64,000 bases of DNA from NCBI GenBank assembly GCA_963796275.1, contig CAWCKY010000006.1, positions 448,001-512,000 of the forward strand. Direction: 5' to 3'. Made by a program: the position numbers and the translations under genes. Shown piece after piece: positions 61,901 through 64,000 of the stretch (position 1 is the first letter of the stretch; each line of letters opens with the position of its first letter). The notes below the pieces were generated by a model. It was given only the letters and a program-made list of their open reading frames with translations, made no database searches and was not told the origin of the DNA. The DNA comes from an uncultured Acidobacteriota bacterium. Its GTDB lineage: Bacteria; Acidobacteriota; Blastocatellia; RBC074.

Positions 61901-62788
61901 TTAATAAGAAGCGGCTGTTCTCGTCACACCGGTCGTTTTCTGTACCGGCGTCGCAAGAGTCCTGATCTGCCCGACCGCAAGTGCTTCCCAGATCAATGAG
62001 AATTTTTGAGGCTTATTGAATCCCGACGCCTCGCCCGGATGTACGAAGATCAATTCGGCGTGATCGCGCGTACCGATCGAAGGAGCGAAAGGTACTGAAC
62101 GCGTCCGGGCGATGTAATTCTCGCGCTCCGGCAAGTTCAACTCGCGACGAATACGGTTGATATGTATTTCGCATTCTCCCGGGCCTTCCATTTCACTGGT
62201 GGGATCGCGAAGTCCGAGAGTGGCGTGAGCAATCTCGTGCATGATGACAATGCCGACATCGAAAGCGGCAATCACCCTTTTGTCTCCGCGAAGTTTCGAG
62301 AAGTCGCTGAAATCTATCTCCAGCGGGTAGACATCTATCACCTTTCCCGTCGCGCGGCTTTGATAGATGGTCGCTTTTTCCAGGCGCGCGAATGCGACGA
62401 TGGGAGAATGATTATGGCTCTGCAGATCGATGCTGTTGCTCGAATCCACCGCCGCCGAAAATAATGCGCGCGCAGTATCAGAACCTCCTTTGAATTTTGC
62501 ACGATCACCCAGGTTGAGAAAGCCGTTCTCGTCGAAGAACATTTCCGAAAAACCTGTCTTCTCGCGCAAGCTTTCGAGTATGCAATCTAGTTGTTTGGGG
62601 TTGAGTTTGTTCGCATCCGGACTGTTTCTGAGACCGCCCATATAGCGCAGCGGGTCGCGCATTTCCGATTTGACGGCCGATAAAAAGATTCCTGCCGTGA
62701 GTAACATCAGGCAGAGTAGAAGGGTTCGCGAGAGGTGGCGAATGTTTGTTATTCGATTGGTCGATTTTTTTACACATCTAGTGATCAT
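61901..62788 (-). CDS. Hypothetical exported protein with HExxH motif
   Basis: Hydrophobic signal-like segment; IMHEIAH...GECE..INRIRREL; GGAGG upstream of ATG 62788. Confidence 0.7.
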   Translation of the reverse strand: MITRCVKKSTNRITNIRHLSRTLLLCLMLLTAGIFLSAVKSEMRDPLRYMGGLRNSPDANKLNPKQLDCILESLREKTGFSEMFFDENGFLNLGDRAKFKGGSDTARALFSAAVDSSNSIDLQSHNHSPIVAFARLEKATIYQSRATGKVIDVYPLEIDFSDFSKLRGDKRVIAAFDVGIVIMHEIAHATLGLRDPTSEMEGPGECEIHINRIRRELNLPERENYIARTRSVPFAPSIGTRDHAELIFVHPGEASGFNKPQKFSLIWEALAVGQIRTLATPVQKTTGVTRTAASY

Positions 62789-63143
62789 CCAACCCTCCCT
62801 CCATTGGAATTGGTAATTGATTGTTTTTGGACTGACGAAAACGCTGATCACAGAGAATCGCTTCTCTCGGTTGCTACTACTCACCGGCACCCGTCAGTGT
62901 TCCGTTTTGGAAGGTTGGCCGAGTCGATTATGACGCTTTTTCGGTCATGAAGTTTGACCCCACGGTCTTGAAATTGATAGACAGACTTAATTTTTGGCGG
63001 TTTATCGGCCCGATATCCATGAGCTTGAATATAGAGACAGCTGAAGCATATGTTGTGAATTTCTATACAAACCAAAAGCTTGCTTTAGCGGAAGTTGGAT
63101 GTCAGTATGCGATCGAGTTCCGAAGAACAGATTCGATCGATAA

Positions 63144-63743
63144 ATGAACATGGTGACTCCCTATCGATACCTCATAGATCCTCAACAAGTGCGCGAAGCG
63201 CTGTTTGCCTTCGCCGACCAGCCGATAATCGGACTGGATACCGAGACATACTTTTTTCGCAGAAAAAATCATCTGAGTCTTCTGCAACTCGCCTCTCCCG
63301 GGGGCGAGGTCATCATTGTCGATGCACTGAGCGCGGGAATAGATGAGGTGCGGGAACTGATCGAAAGCCCTACCGTCTTGATGGCTGCGCACAACGCCCG
63401 CTTCGATGATGGTGTGTTGCGGGAGGCGGGATTTGCGGTAGCGGGGCTGGTCGACACATTGCGCCTGGCGAGATGTGCGCTGCCGCTTCATTCTTTCAGC
63501 CTGGCCTCGGTAGCCGAGCATCTCTTTGGATTAACGCTCGATAAAAGCCTGCAGCAAAGCGATTGGCGCAGGCGTCCGCTGAGCGGGGAACAGCTCGACT
63601 ATGCGGCGCTGGACGCCGTGGTTGCGCTGCGCGTCTATCAGGAATTGACGCTGCGGCTGGAGACGGAAGGCCGGTTGGTAGATGAGCTGAACCGCGCGCT
63701 CATCCTACCCAAGAGCGGGCTGGTCGGTGCAGAGATTAGTTAA
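63144..63743 (+). CDS. 3'-5' exonuclease, RNase D-like (DEDDy)
   Basis: GLDTE; LLQLA; HNARFD; [17 protein letters not shown]. Confidence 0.9.
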   Translation: MNMVTPYRYLIDPQQVREALFAFADQPIIGLDTETYFFRRKNHLSLLQLASPGGEVIIVDALSAGIDEVRELIESPTVLMAAHNARFDDGVLREAGFAVAGLVDTLRLARCALPLHSFSLASVAEHLFGLTLDKSLQQSDWRRRPLSGEQLDYAALDAVVALRVYQELTLRLETEGRLVDELNRALILPKSGLVGAEIS

Positions 63744-63745
63744 GA

Positions 63746-63866
63746 AGAGGGGACTGGGACTGTGGCGAGATATCAAGTTTCCGGTTCTCCCAATACCTAT
63801 TCATCGTTCGGATTTCGGGAAACTTTTAGTTTAGTATCACGCCCCAGCCCCAAGCCTCCAGTCCCA
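63746..63866. repeat. Degenerate inverted heptamer array (GACTGGG / CCCAGCC, CCAGTCC) between convergent genes
   Basis: GGGACTGG / CCAGTCCC ends. Confidence 0.6.
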
Positions 63867-63879
63867 ATTAGTGACCCAA

Positions 63880-64000
63880 TCAGAAATCGAATCTCAAACC
63901 CAGGCGCATGCTGAACGGCAGGTGATATCCGAGGTTCAACTTGGTTGCCTGGGCAGCCGGTTGGCCGAAGTCGGGATTGATCTGCCCGGCAGTGGACTCA
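63880..64000 (-). CDS. C-terminus of a TonB-dependent (Oar-like) outer-membrane receptor, truncated by the window edge
   Basis: Hand translation ...INPDFGQPAAQATKLNLGYHLPFSMRLGLRFDF*, ending in a terminal beta-signal Phe. Confidence 0.75.
   Translation of the reverse strand, partial: ESTAGQINPDFGQPAAQATKLNLGYHLPFSMRLGLRFDF

Noticed and set aside
63890-64000. 6S RNA, suggested by a TTGAAC...GTTCA hairpin
   Set aside because: The minus frame translates cleanly as a TonB-receptor C-terminus ending LGLRFDF*

Overview
A mostly housekeeping bacterial chromosome segment, probably Acidobacteriota (Blastocatellia-like). The taxon is inferred from an acidobacterial-type VWA protein, an Oar-like TonB-receptor C-terminus, an OmpA protein and planctomycete-type cytochrome/DUF1501 genes. 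Gene order: SWIM and tandem-DUF2889 genes, a DUF1549/DUF1553-DUF1501 pair, a solA-like oxidase, an Rrf2-led suf operon with a RidA gene inside it, mpl, a ~1340-aa heme-motif/HEAT/terpene-cyclase-fold protein, recF-gyrB, spoVR, ompA, mutS2, dnaG-rpoD, an ECF sigma cluster, leuS-lptE-holA, rlmI, folK-panC, ychF, uvrC, UPF0182, rarA and a GT4. I found no rRNA, tRNA, CRISPR array, prophage or transposase. Eight single-base frame breaks, one in essential gyrB, suggest an unpolished long-read assembly. The most interesting signals are (1) an unannotated 34-codon Leu-ending leader ORF with its own promoter and alternative hairpins upstream of leuS, a candidate attenuator; (2) about 15 intergenic inverted arrays of locus-specific 7-, 8- or 9-mer units that fuse to gene ends and sometimes enter coding sequence; (3) a PanC homologue with several conserved active-site residues replaced; and (4) a nested GTAG-REP composite element. 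All calls come from reading the sequence by eye; no searches were run.
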